From: Octopus sinensis
Taxonomy: Eukaryota
Length of the DNA stretch: 64,000 nt
Assembly (NCBI RefSeq): GCF_006345805.1
Contig: NC_043010.1
Coordinates: forward strand, 4,774,001-4,838,000
Reading direction: 5' to 3'
A model generated the notes under the pieces. That model did not search any database and was not told the DNA's origin. It worked only from the letters and a program-made list of their open reading frames with translations. Both the position numbers and the translations under genes were made by a program. Of this stretch, positions 25,495-39,698 are shown piece after piece. Positions within the stretch are counted from its first letter, which is position 1. Each line of letters opens with the position of its first letter.

Positions 25495-25640
25495 CGATGG
25501 GCTTCTTTCATTTTCTGTCTACGAAATCCACTCACAAGGCTTTGATCGGCCTAAGGCTATAGTAGAAGACATTTGCTCAAGATGTTTCACAGTGGGACTG
25601 AACCCAGTGCCATGTGGTTGGAAACCAGCTTCTTACCACT
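25250..25640 (-). mobile_element. SINE family A copy (diverged), followed by a further head fragment to ~25850
   Basis: Reverse-complement match to family A. Confidence 0.75.
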
Positions 25641-25646
25641 CCTGTG

Positions 25647-25682
<36 letters not shown>

Positions 25683-27383
25683 ACATACACATATATATAT
25701 ACACACACACATATACATGATAATCTTGTTTGAGTTTCCGTCAACCATATCCACTTACAAGGTTTTGCTCAGCCCAGTGGTACAGTAGAAGACACTTCTC
25801 CAAGGTGCTGTGCAGTGGAACTGAACCCAGAACCATGTGGCTGGGAAGAAAAATATGTTTTAGAAACGACCTCTTCGATCCACTTTAATATATAAATAAA
25901 TACCAAGTAACAACCTTCTTACACACATTAGCAAACTATTTTGCTTTTAAAGGTTTATCTAAAAGGGTTTTATAACCGTTTGAAGCAATGTCTTATATTC
26001 TGAATTTGATTCTTTTGGAACCAGTCTTTATTTATGATTCATAAGTGTCTGTATAGCTTTTATTTATTTACTTTTTACAAAATAAATTTTGTCTTCAAGA
26101 ATTAACTCAAACTGCTTGACTGCCCATACCACTGCAGAAATGGCTGCCTTCTAAAGATTAGATCTTTAATAATAAAGGAATATAATTGAAATTGCTTTCA
26201 ACTTTCATTGCTCCTGTAATTTCTTTTAATTAGAAATAAAATACCCTTTAATTTTATCAACATTAACAGATCTGATTGTTATCAAGTGACTATCCTTCTA
26301 AGAAATGTTAGCTGGGCTGAGTGTAGGAGAAATGGTTTGTTTTCTCTTATTTCAACTAGCCACTCACTCAATTCCTTTCTTCTGTTTCACAAGCAAAACA
26401 ACAAGCATATTTGACCATATTTCTGATAAAATACACTGCCAATGCATTTCAATTAATTTTGAAATTAATTACGAATTTGGGATAAATTTAGTGAGAAACC
26501 AGATTTTCATTTTTAAATTGTTTGGGGCCTATCTGAATGAAAGTTCTTACACATAATTCTGATGAAAGATTTTAATTTAAATATGAATCTTTTAAAACAG
26601 GCATTATACAACATAGAACCTGTGCTTGTCTTAGATATATTTGCACTAAAAGTGATAGTGCATTGTATATTGTTTTCTAACTGAGTGACCTGATAAATCA
26701 ATTATAAATAAATTTTAACAGGCATAGATGGGTGTTTGGGTACGAAATTTGCTTTGAAACCATCTGACTTTGGGATTTAATTATATATGTGTGTGTGTGT
26801 TTTGTATTTATACATACACACATACATACATACATACGTCCATACATACATACATGCGTACATACATACATACATACATACATTCATTCATGCATACATA
26901 CATATATATATATATGCATGTATATACACTCTCACACACACACACACATATATGCATGTGTGTGTGTATCATCATTGTATAAACATTCACTTTTTCATGT
27001 TTGTATGTTTCTATGGGTTGGATGGAGTTTATTAAAGCAAATATTTTTTATGCCACTATAACTTAGTGGCTGATCAAAATACAACCAATATCACTAGTCA
27101 TGTGATCACATGACTGACCAGGCTCTCAGATATTGTTACATATCGCTAGTCACAATGCGTTTTGGCATTGTTTTAGTCTTCAAATGACATTCCCCAACAT
27201 TCCCCCCCCCCTGAATGAAAGCGGGACTGGAGCAACATGAAATGAAATGCTTTACTGAAGAATGCAACGCACCACCCAAACAGGGAATTGAACCCATGAT
27301 CTTGTGATCATGAGTGCAACAGCCTAACCACTATGCCACACACACCTTCACGAAATATATCACTAGTACCAGACTTAAAATAA

Positions 27384-27975
27384 GCAGGAGTGGCTGTGTG
27401 GTAAGTAGCTTGCTAACCAACCACATGGTTCCGGGTTCAGTCCCACTGCGTGGCATCTTGGGCAAGTGTCTTCTGCTATAGCCTCGGGCCGACCAATGCC
27501 TTGTGAGTGGATTTGGTAGACGGAAACTGAAAGAAGCCTGTCGTATATATGTATATGTATGTATATATATGTACGTGTGTATGTGTGTTTGTGTGTGTAT
27601 GTTTGTCCCCCTAGCATTGCTTGACAATCGATACTGGTGTGTTTACGCCCCCGTCACTTAACGGTTCGGCAAAAGAGACCGATAGAATAAGTACTGGGCT
27701 TACAAAGAATAAGTCCCGGGGTCAATTTGCTCGACTAAAGGCGGTGCTTCAGCATGGCCGCAGTCAAATGACTGAAACAAGTAAAAGAGTAAAAGAGTAA
27801 AGAGTATATATGTGAGAAAGGATAACAGCTTATATATAACTAGGACTCTAGCGGTTCAGCAAAAGAGACCGATAGAATAAGTACTAGGCTTACAAAGAAT
27901 AAGTCCCGGGGTCGATTTGCTCGACTAAAGGTGGTGCTCCAGCATGGCCACAGTCAAATGACTGAAACAAGTGAA
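27384..27975 (+). mobile_element. SINE family A copy plus a duplicated 3' half, separated by a 48-bp filler
   Basis: Full copy 27384-27805; filler 27805-27852; 3' half 27849-27975. Confidence 0.8.
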
Positions 27976-29245
27976 ATAAAAAAAAAAAAAGAAAAAGAAA
28001 GATGATTGCAGTCCAAAGACAGAAACATATATAAACGTGTAATAAAAGGGTAGAAAAACAGTTGTAGGATATTCTAAGAATGCAATTTTAGAAAGCATAA
28101 TGTGTAAATGTTAGCATTCATTAGATTGTACATGGAATTGCATATTATGGAGTTTACTCAGATCAAAAAGAATCCAGAAAGAACACCCGAAAGTGTTGTA
28201 TGTTTGACTAGACCTTTCTTAATTTAATCTCTTGTGGAAGAAATAATCAGTTTGTTTGTTTTCTCAGTTCGAATGCCTTGTTACTAAACAGCGTTTCTAT
28301 TTGCAGATGTTTCCATGCACTCCCACACATACACGCATACATGGACGTGTGCATACGCATATAGTGGAGATAGACACACTGGTGGCAAGAGACATATAAA
28401 AAGGTTGTTTTTCTATTAGCAGAAAACAATGCAAAAGAAAAATGGGAAAAGAAAAATATAAAGAATTGAAAAAAAAAACACACTAAATAAATGGAAAGTA
28501 AATATAAACACTTGGGAATACAAAAGAAAAGCTAGCTTTCACAATTCTTTCCAAATTTAGGCTTACATTGCTGTGTACTATCGGTAATTCTATCTTATTC
28601 TCTCTACTCGTTGGGTTTCTTTTCTAGTTCCTGTCAATACTTTAGGTCAGTGTTTGAAAATGTAAACCAAGGAAGAAAATAAATAAATAAATATTTAAAT
28701 AAATAAACAAACAAAAGTAAAACTGTACATTAATGAAAAATTAAAAAAAAAAAATGATTGCAAGTATAATTCAATCAATTGAAGAAATAAAATTCAACTG
28801 AGAATGAATACAGACTTTGTGAAATATAAACAAAAAGATGACTGTTAAACACAAATGCAATCACTTAAACAAACCAAACAAAAAGAAAAAAAAATATTTT
28901 ATAAACTTTAGAATTAACATCAGTACTTGCAGTTGCAATAAAAATGTAAGCTCAAACTCAGCTAATAGAGGCTTTCACAAACAGATACACGTGGCTATTT
29001 TGCTGACAAAAGGATGTTGCTTCATATGCTATTCTTTTTTCTTACCCTTTCTTAATCACCCACCCCTTCCTATATTTCACTGCCAGCTCACATGACTGCT
29101 TATGTCACTTTCTCACTCACAACTGGTCACCTATCTTTTTATTGAAACATACATACATACATACATACATACATACATACATACATACATACATACATAC
29201 ATACATGTATGCATACTTACATACATACATTCATTCATATATATA

Positions 29246-30415
29246 CAGTGGTACCTTGACTTATGAGTGTGGTAACTAATGAGTTTTTCGAGATATGAGC
29301 CATCTCTCAGCTGATTTTTTGCTTTGAGTTGTGAGCTAAAATCTGGGTTATGATGCCCCACCACTTGTTGATGTAGCAAACGCCACAGTGAATACCATAA
29401 CATCCACCCAGGATCCTGTGTCTCACTCGATAGCTAGACAGATATACACGTGATCAAGTGCAAAGATCATTAGTAGATCAATAGCCAGACAGACACGTGT
29501 ATTAGCAAGTGTAAAGATCATTCGTGGATAGTTAGTTAGATAGGTGGTAAAATGCTTACTTAGTTATTACAGGCTACAGAAGTGTCAGTGTTGTGCTTGC
29601 AGTTATTTTCCAAAATTTGGTTTTCTAGCCATGCGTCCGAAGAAAGTGAGTGAGAAGGACAGTGGTAAGAAGAAGAAGTGGATGGTGTGCATCGAATTAA
29701 AGAAAGAAATTAGTGAAAAACGTGATCGAGGTGTGCATATAGTCGACATGACAAAGCAGCATGAGTGCAGCACTTCTAGAGTCTACACCATACTGAAGAA
29801 TCAGGAGCTGATAAAGGCTAGCAAAGGGCATTAAAAAAATTTCTAAACAGTGTACATCTATCCATGAAAATACAGAGAGGCTGCTGATAGTGTGGTTGAT
29901 TTACAAGCAGCTTACAGGAGATACTGTGGCAGAGGCTATAATCTACAAGAATGCACGAGCTATTTACGCTGATTTGCTGCAGCAGACCTCAGTCACTTGT
30001 ACAGATGAGGCATTGGACGATCTATCCAAAGCTAGTTGAGGCTGGTTCAAGAATTTTAAAAAGAGGACCAGCATTCACCCCCTTGTCAGGCATGGTAAGG
30101 CAGCAAGAGTGGATATGAAGGCAGCGAGAGCAGATATGAGGGCAGCTGAGGATTACCTCAAAACTTTTGCCAGAATAAAAGCAGCTGAGGGATACATCAC
30201 CCAGTAAGTCTTCAGCTGTGATGAGACAGGACGTTTTTAGAAGATGCCAAGGAGGACTTATATAATGGCAGAGGAGAAAAGGATGCCAGGCCACAAACCC
30301 ATGAAAGATAGGCCTACTTTCCTACTGTGTGCCAATGTGAGCTGCAACTGCAAGATTAAGCCTCTCTGCAAGATTAAGATTTATGATTCAGTAAACCCCC
30401 GAGTCTTTAAATCAC
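29246..30415 (+). mobile_element. Decayed Tigger/pogo transposon, 5' part only
   Basis: TA|CAGTGGTACC terminus; CENP-B-like HTH (MRPKKVSEKDSGKKKKW...IELKKEISEK) and DDE_1 start (MPRRTYIMAEEKRMPGHKPMKDR...CANVS...CKIKPL); stops and frameshifts. Confidence 0.85.
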
Positions 30416-31224
30416 GTAATCTTCCAATATAGGCTCTTTTGAGTCCCCAAAAAGCGTTAGCATCACCTTCACTGCAGAAGACTATGTCTTGAATTTCTTC
30501 ATTGTTGGCAAGCCAGAATGTTTCCACTCCATACTCTGTCTTTTGGATTCTGCTTCATAATGACAGACCCACGTTTCATCTCCTGTGACTATTCTGCTCA
30601 AAAATTCTTCGCTCTCATTATTGTGGTGATCAAGTGAATGTTGTGACAGACCTCAAAATGTTTGTTCTGGTGCAAAGCTCTTTTGGCACCCATCTTGCAC
30701 AGACTTTATGGAAGCTGAGCTCATCATGGATGATTTGTTAGGCAGAACCATGACTAGTCTGCTGAGAATGAGCTACCTCTTTGATGATAACTCACCAGTT
30801 CACCATTACAATCTCTGAAGCTTGTGGAATTCTCTTGTTAGTAGTGGAAATTGATGGGCGTCCTACTTCCTCTTTGCGCATCCCACTTGTCTGGCCACTT
30901 TTGAATTTCTCGATCAACACATACACACTTCTATGCCATAGTGCACTGTTCCCATATTTTGCTAAAAGCCTCTGATGAATTTCAGCACCTGACACACACT
31001 CCAACCACAGAAATCAGATCACTGCTTTTTGTTCTTTTTTGGTGTACATTGCTAGTGGAGTGGCCATGCTTACACTGTAAGGCCAGAAAGAAAAATGGTG
31101 GGATCAGGCTCAAGCTTCGATCACGTGACCACTATAGTACCAGCTATTAGCATGCATAGAAGGCAGTGTGATAATAATAAGGATATGTTATGGTAAAAGT
31201 GTGGATAATTTTTTACTTCCCTCC
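30416..31224 (-). mobile_element. Decayed mariner transposon, 5' part only
   Basis: TA|GGAGGGAAGTAAAAAATTATCC terminus; HTH (GAEIHQRLLAKYGNSAL...VYVLIEKFKSG) and IVTGDETWV...MEWKH...KVMLTLFGDSKEPILED motif. Confidence 0.85.
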
Positions 31225-31283
31225 TACGTAGATATATATCTATTTATACATATATATATATATATGTATGTATGTATATTATA

Positions 31284-31320
<37 letters not shown>

Positions 31321-31340
31321 TATATATATATTATATATAC

Positions 31341-31405
<65 letters not shown>

Positions 31406-32602
31406 GTATATATAGATATATGATGTATGTATGTATATATATATATGTATATGTATGTATATAATATATATGTATATATATGTGTATATATATATATACC
31501 CCACCTCTTACCCACCTTTGCTTTTCCCACTCTTGCCTCCCCCACCTCCCAACACCATCACACCACATCACACACCACTACACCATACACCACAATACCA
31601 CACAACACATCACATCACAACACACTACCATGCACACACCAGCACTGACCACTTCCCACACTCATATTTTCACACCCACACATACACACATGCACACAGC
31701 CCTCTTCCACATGCGCATGCGAACTTTCTTATACACACGCCCGTGCACCTACGTTTTGGGATCACCACTACTTTATTATCTCCCCTTCTCCCTAGTTCTC
31801 CTGTGTGACCCTTCTGCTTGGCATTTGCCATGACAGATCGCTAGCCACTACACATTCTTTATTTTCTTTCTTTGTTTCTTTCTTTGTTCCTTTCTGTGGA
31901 AGAGCATAAGCTCAAAACATTAAAGACTTTACACTTTCTGAGTGTTATATTAATACATCTAATTGTTGTCTACATCACCTGCCTGGGTCTTTGTTTTTTT
32001 GTGAATTCTCCCTATATATATATATATAGGACTAAACTTTAAACCTTTGACCTTTACAGAACCAAAGCAAAGGGTTAAATCCAGTAAAATCAAACATAAG
32101 TAAAACTACTGACATATCATAAACTTACCTACATCTTATTTTTTTTTGTGAAGCACAAAAAAAAAAAATCCCATGATCCAAAGGAAGCACACCTAAATAT
32201 ATGTATACCTGCTTACAAAGTTCTACATACATGAATAAGTTATAGACATTAACTTAACTGCAAATTTATTCAATAAAAATTACTCCAAAACACCTCTTCA
32301 TTACAATCCACCCTAAAACCTAATTATCACTCCACTAAAACCCACACAAGGAAGATTTTAACTTAGAGATTATATAAAGCCAAGATTAAGTTTAATGCAT
32401 CACTGTTTGACAATAGCTTAACTTGCCAAAACTTGGAAGTCACTAACTATAATACTCTTGTTTAAGAAGAATAAATTTGTACCCAACAAGTTTATGGAGT
32501 AACCCATCAGATTAATGCAAAAGCATTTTTATTATATCTAGGCATAAAACAGATATCAATATATCTATATCTATCTATCTATCTATCTATCTATCTTCTA
32601 TC

Positions 32603-32637
<35 letters not shown>

Positions 32638-32750
32638 TATATATATATTATATATATATATGCAATATCTATCTATCTGTATGCATACACATATGTATAA
32701 ATGTACATATGTATATACGTGCATAATATAGGTATATATAAATACACATT

Positions 32751-32783
<33 letters not shown>

Positions 32784-32929
32784 ATATATATATATAATAT
32801 ATATACATACATACACACATATATATATATGCAAATATCTATCTATCTGTATGGATACACATAGATGTATAAATTTATATATAGACACACACATGTATGT
32901 ACATATGTATACACACACACATATGTATA

Positions 32930-32972
<43 letters not shown>

Positions 32973-33713
32973 TACACACACATATGCACATATATATTGC
33001 ATCTCACTAACACAATAAGTGGTATGTAATTCATCCCCATAACATTGTGTATACTTAACACTATATTATATTACTTCCTTTTATTACTTATCCATCTTAT
33101 CTGCCTCTGTTTATTTTATATCGAATGAATTGTGTATTTAACATTTAAGTTCCAATAAACCAAAATTTCCAAGTGTGTATTCCTCTACTCCATGGATCCA
33201 TAATGGAAATTACACTCTTTGAATCTTTCACACCATGTATATATTTATATACATGTGCGTGTATGTGCGTGTGTGAGAGAGAGAATGTATATATGTATGT
33301 GTAGGTGTGTATGTAGTATATGTGCATACTATACACACACATGCACATATATATATAATATATATATATATACATGAATTTGTATCTACCTGCCTAACTA
33401 TCAGTCTCTCTCTCTCTCTCTATCTATCTCTTGGTCTATTCATCTTTCTCTTTGTCAAAATATATGTATGTATGTATCTGTGTATGTGTGCATGTGTGTG
33501 TATTTTGTGTAGATATCTGCATGTGTATGTGTACATGTGCATATATGTGAATGTATGTGTTTATATATGTATGCATATAAATATATTATATATATATATA
33601 CTTGTATAGAGTATTAAAATATATAAATACATTATGTATATGTGATATATATACATACATATACATATGTATATATATACATATATATATATATATATAC
33701 AACATACACAATA

Positions 33714-34114
33714 GGCGCAGGAGTGGCTGTGTGGTAAGTAGCTTGCTAACCAACCACATGGTTCAGGGTTCGGTCCCACTGTGTGGCACCTTGGGCAAGT
33801 GTCTTCTACTATAGCCCCGGGCCGACCAATGCCTTGTGAGTGGATTTGGTAGACGGAAACTGAAAGAAGCCCGTTGTATATATGTATATATATATGTGTG
33901 TGTGTGTTTGTGTGTCTGTGTTTGTCCCCCTAGCATTGCTTGACAACCGATGCTGGCGTGTTTATGTCACTTAGCGGTTCGGCAAAGGAGACCGATAAAA
34001 TAAGTACTGGGCTTACAAAGAATAAGTCCTTGGGTCTAGTTGCTCGACTAAAGGCGGTGCTCCAGCATGGCTACAGTCAAATGACTGAAACAAGTAAAAG
34101 AGTAAAAAAAGAGT
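33714..34114 (+). mobile_element. SINE family A copy
   Basis: Match to family A. Confidence 0.85.
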
Positions 34115-35277
34115 ATACATATCAAGCAGAATCATAGGCCCTTCCTGAGCAATAGGCTCATAAGCCTGGTTTCCCAGATTCTATGCTGTATATAATTGCC
34201 CCCCCCCCCAGTCCATCTAAGGATCATTGTCTTTTACCAGCTGAGTGAACTGACCCAACATGTAATGAAGAGTCTTGCTCATGAACACAATGCATCACCC
34301 ACTCCAGGAATCGAAACCACAATCATACTATCACGAGTGCAACACCCTAACGACTAAGCTATGTGCTTCCTCATGTATAGGTATACATATGTATATATGT
34401 ATATATATGTTTGCATAAGTATATATTAATGTACATGTGTGTGTGTGTAAAGAAATATATATTTATACATATGCTCACATATATAGATATATACTTATAT
34501 GTATATGTATATGCACATACACACACGCACACACACACACACACACATACACATACACGCATAAATACTCACATATACATGTATATACCAACTATATACC
34601 ACCTTCAATAATTCTCTCATGATATTCATAAATATATCCTCTGCACACATTATACCCACTCAAACACACACACACACACACACTCACACACACTCACACA
34701 CACATAATATGTTCATACATACATTTACTTATACATTTATCACTCCATGGTCGTGGCTTGTAAATTTGCCCCTAATATAACAGAATTACTAAGCTATAAA
34801 ATATTGTCATTCATTATACGTTATGGTGCCTGTTCGGCTCAGTGTAGCGTAAGCACTTCTGTCATATTTGTCATAACCTATTCTGTCACTACTCCGTCAA
34901 TGCCATTCCTATTGTCATCATAAACATTGCCGTCATTGACGCTACCCTCATCTTCCAAGCCGTTGTCCTCATCCCCCTCCTCTCCGTTCTCCCCTTCCTC
35001 CTCCGCCTCCTCCTTCTCATCATCATCATAACCATCATCATTCTTGCTATCATTGTTATCATTGTCAAAGACATTATCATTGTCATCGCGTCACTGTCAT
35101 CCTTATTGTTATTATCGTCAATGACATTGTCATTGTCATTGTCAATGTCAATGTCATCGTCGTTGTCATCGTCGTTGTCATCATTGTCATTGCCAGCGTC
35201 ATTGATATTCTATTTCAGCATCGTTGCTGACATCATTGCCATCATCATCATTGTTATGAATGTTATCATCATCATTA

Positions 35278-35447
35278 TAAGCTGCCGGACGAGATAGCGA
35301 AGATGCTGACGACCGCTCAGTTCAAAGTCTCTCTTGACCAGAAATGGCCTGAACTCTTTGCATGAACACCACCCTGTACATAACTCCATGTCCCCCTACA
35401 TGGCCTTGCCTTTTGCTTTTTGAGCCAAAAAATTAACTTAACTTAAC
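35278..35447 (+). mobile_element. Very short CR1-type 3' fragment with a (TTAAC)n tail
   Basis: KLPDEIAKMLTTAQFKVSLDQKWPELFA*, then a short UTR and ttaacttaacttaact. Confidence 0.55.
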
Positions 35448-35840
35448 TCATCATCTTTGTTGTCATTGTTTTTTTGCCTTGCTGGCCCTGGTAATTATTG
35501 CCCTCCTCCTCCTCCTCATCATCATCATCATCATCATCCTCATCATCATCATCACCACTACAACCATCACCACGACCACCACCACCACCACCACCACCAC
35601 CATCATCATCACCATCATCATCATCATCACCACCATTATCATCATTGTCCTCCTCCTCATCATCATCCTCATCATCATCATCATCAACATTGTCTTCATC
35701 ACATCATAGTTGTGAATGTCATTGACATTATTTCTTTGTCCTCGTCATCATTTTCATTATCATTTCCATATCTCCTCATCATTACCATTGTTGTCATCCT
35801 CATGGTACTTCTCCTCTTCAGCATCATCATCATCATCATA

Positions 35841-36255
35841 CTCTTTTACTCTTTCTCTTTACTCTCTTATTTGTTTCAGTCATTTGACTGTGACCATGCT
35901 GGAGCACCGCCTTTAGTTGAGCAAATCGACCCCAGGACTTATTCTTTGTAAACCCAGTACTTATTCTATCGGTCACTTTTGCTGAACAGCTAAGTTACAG
36001 GGATGTAAACACACCAGCATCGGTTTCAAACGATGTTGGGGGGACAAACACAGACACACAAATATATACACACATACATATATATATATACATATATACG
36101 ACGGGCTTCTTTCAGTTTCCGTCTACCAAATCCACTCACAAGGCTTTGGTCGGCCCGAGGCTATAGCAGAAGACACTTGCCCAAGGTGCCACGCAGTGGG
36201 ACTGAACCTAGAACCATGTGGCTGGTAAACAAGCTACTTACCACACAGCCACTCA
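35841..36255 (-). mobile_element. SINE family A copy
   Basis: Reverse-complement match. Confidence 0.85.
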
Positions 36256-36910
36256 TGTTCCTATCATGATTTTTGGCATGCATCACACCATCATCATCAT
36301 CATCATTCCTGCCACCAAACCCTCCGATCATCACCATCATCATCTTCATCATAAGCACCACCATCACTGTCATGGTCATCATTTTCTAAGTCATCACCAT
36401 CTATATCACCACTACCCATATCAGCAATGGCAGCCACATCATAATAAGGAACGATAACACCACCACCACCACCACCACCACCAATACCTATCTATCAATG
36501 ACAATCCTCAGTCAACATTATGCTTCATATCTCATGGTGATCTCACATAAAACTTTGTCACAATTTCATCCCAGAGGTCAGGCTCTGATCAATTCTGGCT
36601 CTTCACAAATCTCACATTCATGTGATGTGTGATATCACATTGTAATATTGTTCTCATATACAAGGTAGCAAGCTGGCAGAATTGTTAGCATGGTGGGGAC
36701 ATTGCTTAGCAGAATTCTGCTTGTCTATATGACCTGGGTTAAAATTCTGTTGAGGTCAACTTTGGCATCGGTAAAATACATACCAATCAAGTACTGGGGT
36801 TGATGCAATCAGCTTACCCCACTCCTGAAATTGCTGGTTTTGTTTCAAAATTTGAATCCAATATTGTTCTGATATATGTGAGAAAGGATAACAGTTTATA
36901 TATAACTAGG

Positions 36911-37271
36911 GTGGAGACGCAATGGCCCAGTGGTTAGGGCAGCGGACTCGCGGTCGTAGGATCGCGGTTTTGATTCCCAGACCGGGCATTGTGAGTGTTT
37001 ATTGAGCAAAAACACCTAAAGCTTCACGAGGCTCCTGCATGGGGTGGTGGTGAACCCTGCTGTACTCTTTCACCACAACTTTCTCTCACTCTTTCTTCCT
37101 GTTTCTATTGTACCTGTATTTCAAAGGGCCAGCCTTGTCATACTCTGTGTCATGCTGAATCTCCTCAAGAACTACGTTAAGGGTACACGTGTCTGTGGAG
37201 TGCTCAGCCACTTGCATGCTAATTCCACGAGCAAGCTGGGACCCTCATCGTCGTAACTGACGGAGTGCTTC
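36911..37271 (+). mobile_element. tRNA-derived SINE family D
   Basis: A-box TGGCCCAGTGG, B-box-like GTTTTGATTCC; imperfect TSD tatatataactagg / tatatatattactagg; copies at 60477-60853 (+) and ~49400-49663 (-). Confidence 0.8.
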
Positions 37272-38131
37272 TATATATATATTACTAGGACTCTAGCTTG
37301 GAATAACCGTCCTGAGTAGCTTTCTTCAAACATCACACTATACATTCAACAATTCCCTATCTGAGGTGTTGAGATAAAACTGCTTGATATTATAAAGGCA
37401 GTGATTTGATAGGAGCAGTAGCATTAATTAACTAAATTAACCTTTCATCACTCCATCCATGTTTGTTTAAAAATTTATCTGACCATGCATCATCATCATC
37501 ATCATCATTATCATCATCAACCCCTGGACATTACTTCTCAAGTCTGCATACTCATAGGACTAGTTACCTGCTTTCCATGATGTATAAGGGAGCAAAATTA
37601 CAACAGTCCTCTTGAACAGGGCACCAATCTAGCAAAGAGTTACATATTTTCAACTAAGTGAACTAGAACAATGTGAAGTGAAGTGTTTTGCTCGAGAATT
37701 CAGTGCACTGCTTTGGCTGAGAATCAAACCCACGATCTTGTGATCTTGAAAGCAACACTCGAACCACTTGGCCATATGACTTCACTTTGACTTTGACAAT
37801 TGACTTTGACTTTCTCCCTAAATTATACCATGTTACAAGACAAGTCCCTTAACCCCTTGGGGGTTGTTGGGGCACTGAAACCATGCAGCATATTTAGGGT
37901 GAGAAAGCCTGGTGGAGCCCATCCCGCCCTGGGCTAAACTCATTTCTATAGCTGAGTGGACTGGAGCAATGTGAAATGAAGTGTTTTTCACAAGAATACA
38001 ATGGATCGCCCGGTCCAGGGATTGAAACTACAGTCTTACAATCATGAGTCCAACACCATAACCACTAAGTTATGTGCTTCCGCTATGTCATGTACCTAAG
38101 TTACATATTGCCATTTTTCAGAAGCTTTCAT

Positions 38132-38250
38132 CCTACAAGGCCAGGTTCATGCCTAACTAATGGCAATAATTTGATTTTTAACTTATGCCATGTACCTAAG
38201 TTAAAAATCAAATTAATATCATTAGTTAGGCATGAATCTGGCTTTGTTGG
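38132..38250 (+). repeat. 54-bp fold-back hairpin with an 11-nt loop
   Basis: Arms 38132-38185 and 38197-38250; three of the mismatches are G-U pairs on the plus strand. Confidence 0.85.
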
Positions 38251-38559
38251 ACGAATACTTTTTAAACTGACAAAATGTAGTGTTTATAGATAATGGGGGA
38301 AATGTGTTGTACCTGCAGACTAACTTCACACCTACATACTTCTGTTCCTACTGGAATCAATATGTCACACCACATATCACCGTGTTTTATAATTGACACA
38401 CCTGATCTGCAAAATTCCCATCTTTCTATATTGCAGTGCATAATAAACTATATACATCTCAAAACATAACACCATTTGTATATTATTCAAGTGCATCCCT
38501 ATATATAGACATACATATATCCAAATATATGTGTGTGTGTGCGAGAACGCGTGTGTGTA

Positions 38560-38594
<35 letters not shown>

Positions 38595-38848
38595 CCACTT
38601 TAACATGGCTGTCCATTCGAGAGGTGCATAGCAAATTATACACATCACAACACGTAACACGTAACACACACACACATATATATATATATAGATTAAGTCC
38701 GAAATTGATTCAATATAGAGATAACGAAATTTAAATTTTCTAAAGGTTAGTTGCCCGTTTTCAGTTTCAATTTTCCTGTAACAAGCGGATTATAAGTGGA
38801 TAAAACAGTGTATTTGGCTTTAGAATAACCCTCTTTAGCCCTTAATTA

Positions 38849-38886
<38 letters not shown>

Positions 38887-39615
38887 GCTTGCTCGCTTAG
38901 CAAGTGGGGTGGCATCATTTGAAGGCTAAAACAATGTGAAGCGCATTGTGACCAGCGATGTGTAGCAACAATTGATAGACTGGTTGGTCACGGGGATTAC
39001 GGTGATATATATATATATATGTATGTATATGATTGGCTTCCACACTGCTTCCGTCTTCCAGATTGTCTCACAATGCATTGGTTAACCTGTACAGTAGAAG
39101 ACAAAAGATACTTGCTCAAGCTGCCATGCAATAGAACTGAGCCCAAAACAACATACTGGTAAAATGAGCCTCTTAACCACTCAGCCAGTACTGAGCCTAT
39201 ACAGCTTCAACTAAACAAGCAAACAAAAAACTCCATGTATTGTTTGAATATCATGCTGTAGCTTGTATTTTGCATATGAGATTTTGGTATCTAATACATT
39301 TTGGCATTGTTGTTAAAGTGCATAGAACATTGAAGAAATAAAATTTCTTTATCAGATGAAAAACTGTAAGCAATAAAAATATACAATAAATTATAAATTC
39401 ATAGAAATATGTGAAAACATAAAAACTATATTTTTAAAATCATAAAACTATGTCTTCTTGTCATTCTTCATTCTTCAGCTCTTTTCTATGTGCACACACA
39501 CACACACACACACATAAACATGTAAGTATGCACACATGTTAACATATACATACATACAAGCATACACACATGTTAACATATACATACATACAAGCATACA
39601 CACATGTTCACTTAC

Positions 39616-39698
39616 ATAGACTTCCAGATGTATACAACAACATGCAAATATTCTTTCACTCAAATGCATGCTCAGGGTATCCATAGAACATTGTGAGA
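39616..39698 (-). CDS. Candidate 83-nt exon: SQCSMDTLSMHLSERIFACCCIHLEVY
   Basis: Acceptor cttctatatctcag|; donor TAT|gtaagt; single open frame, phase 1 to 0. Confidence 0.3.

Noticed and set aside
26315-26363. Weak hairpin ggctgagtgtaggagaaa / tttctcttatttcaactagcc
   Set aside because: Needs a 3-nt bulge and several mismatches, and has no basal stem.
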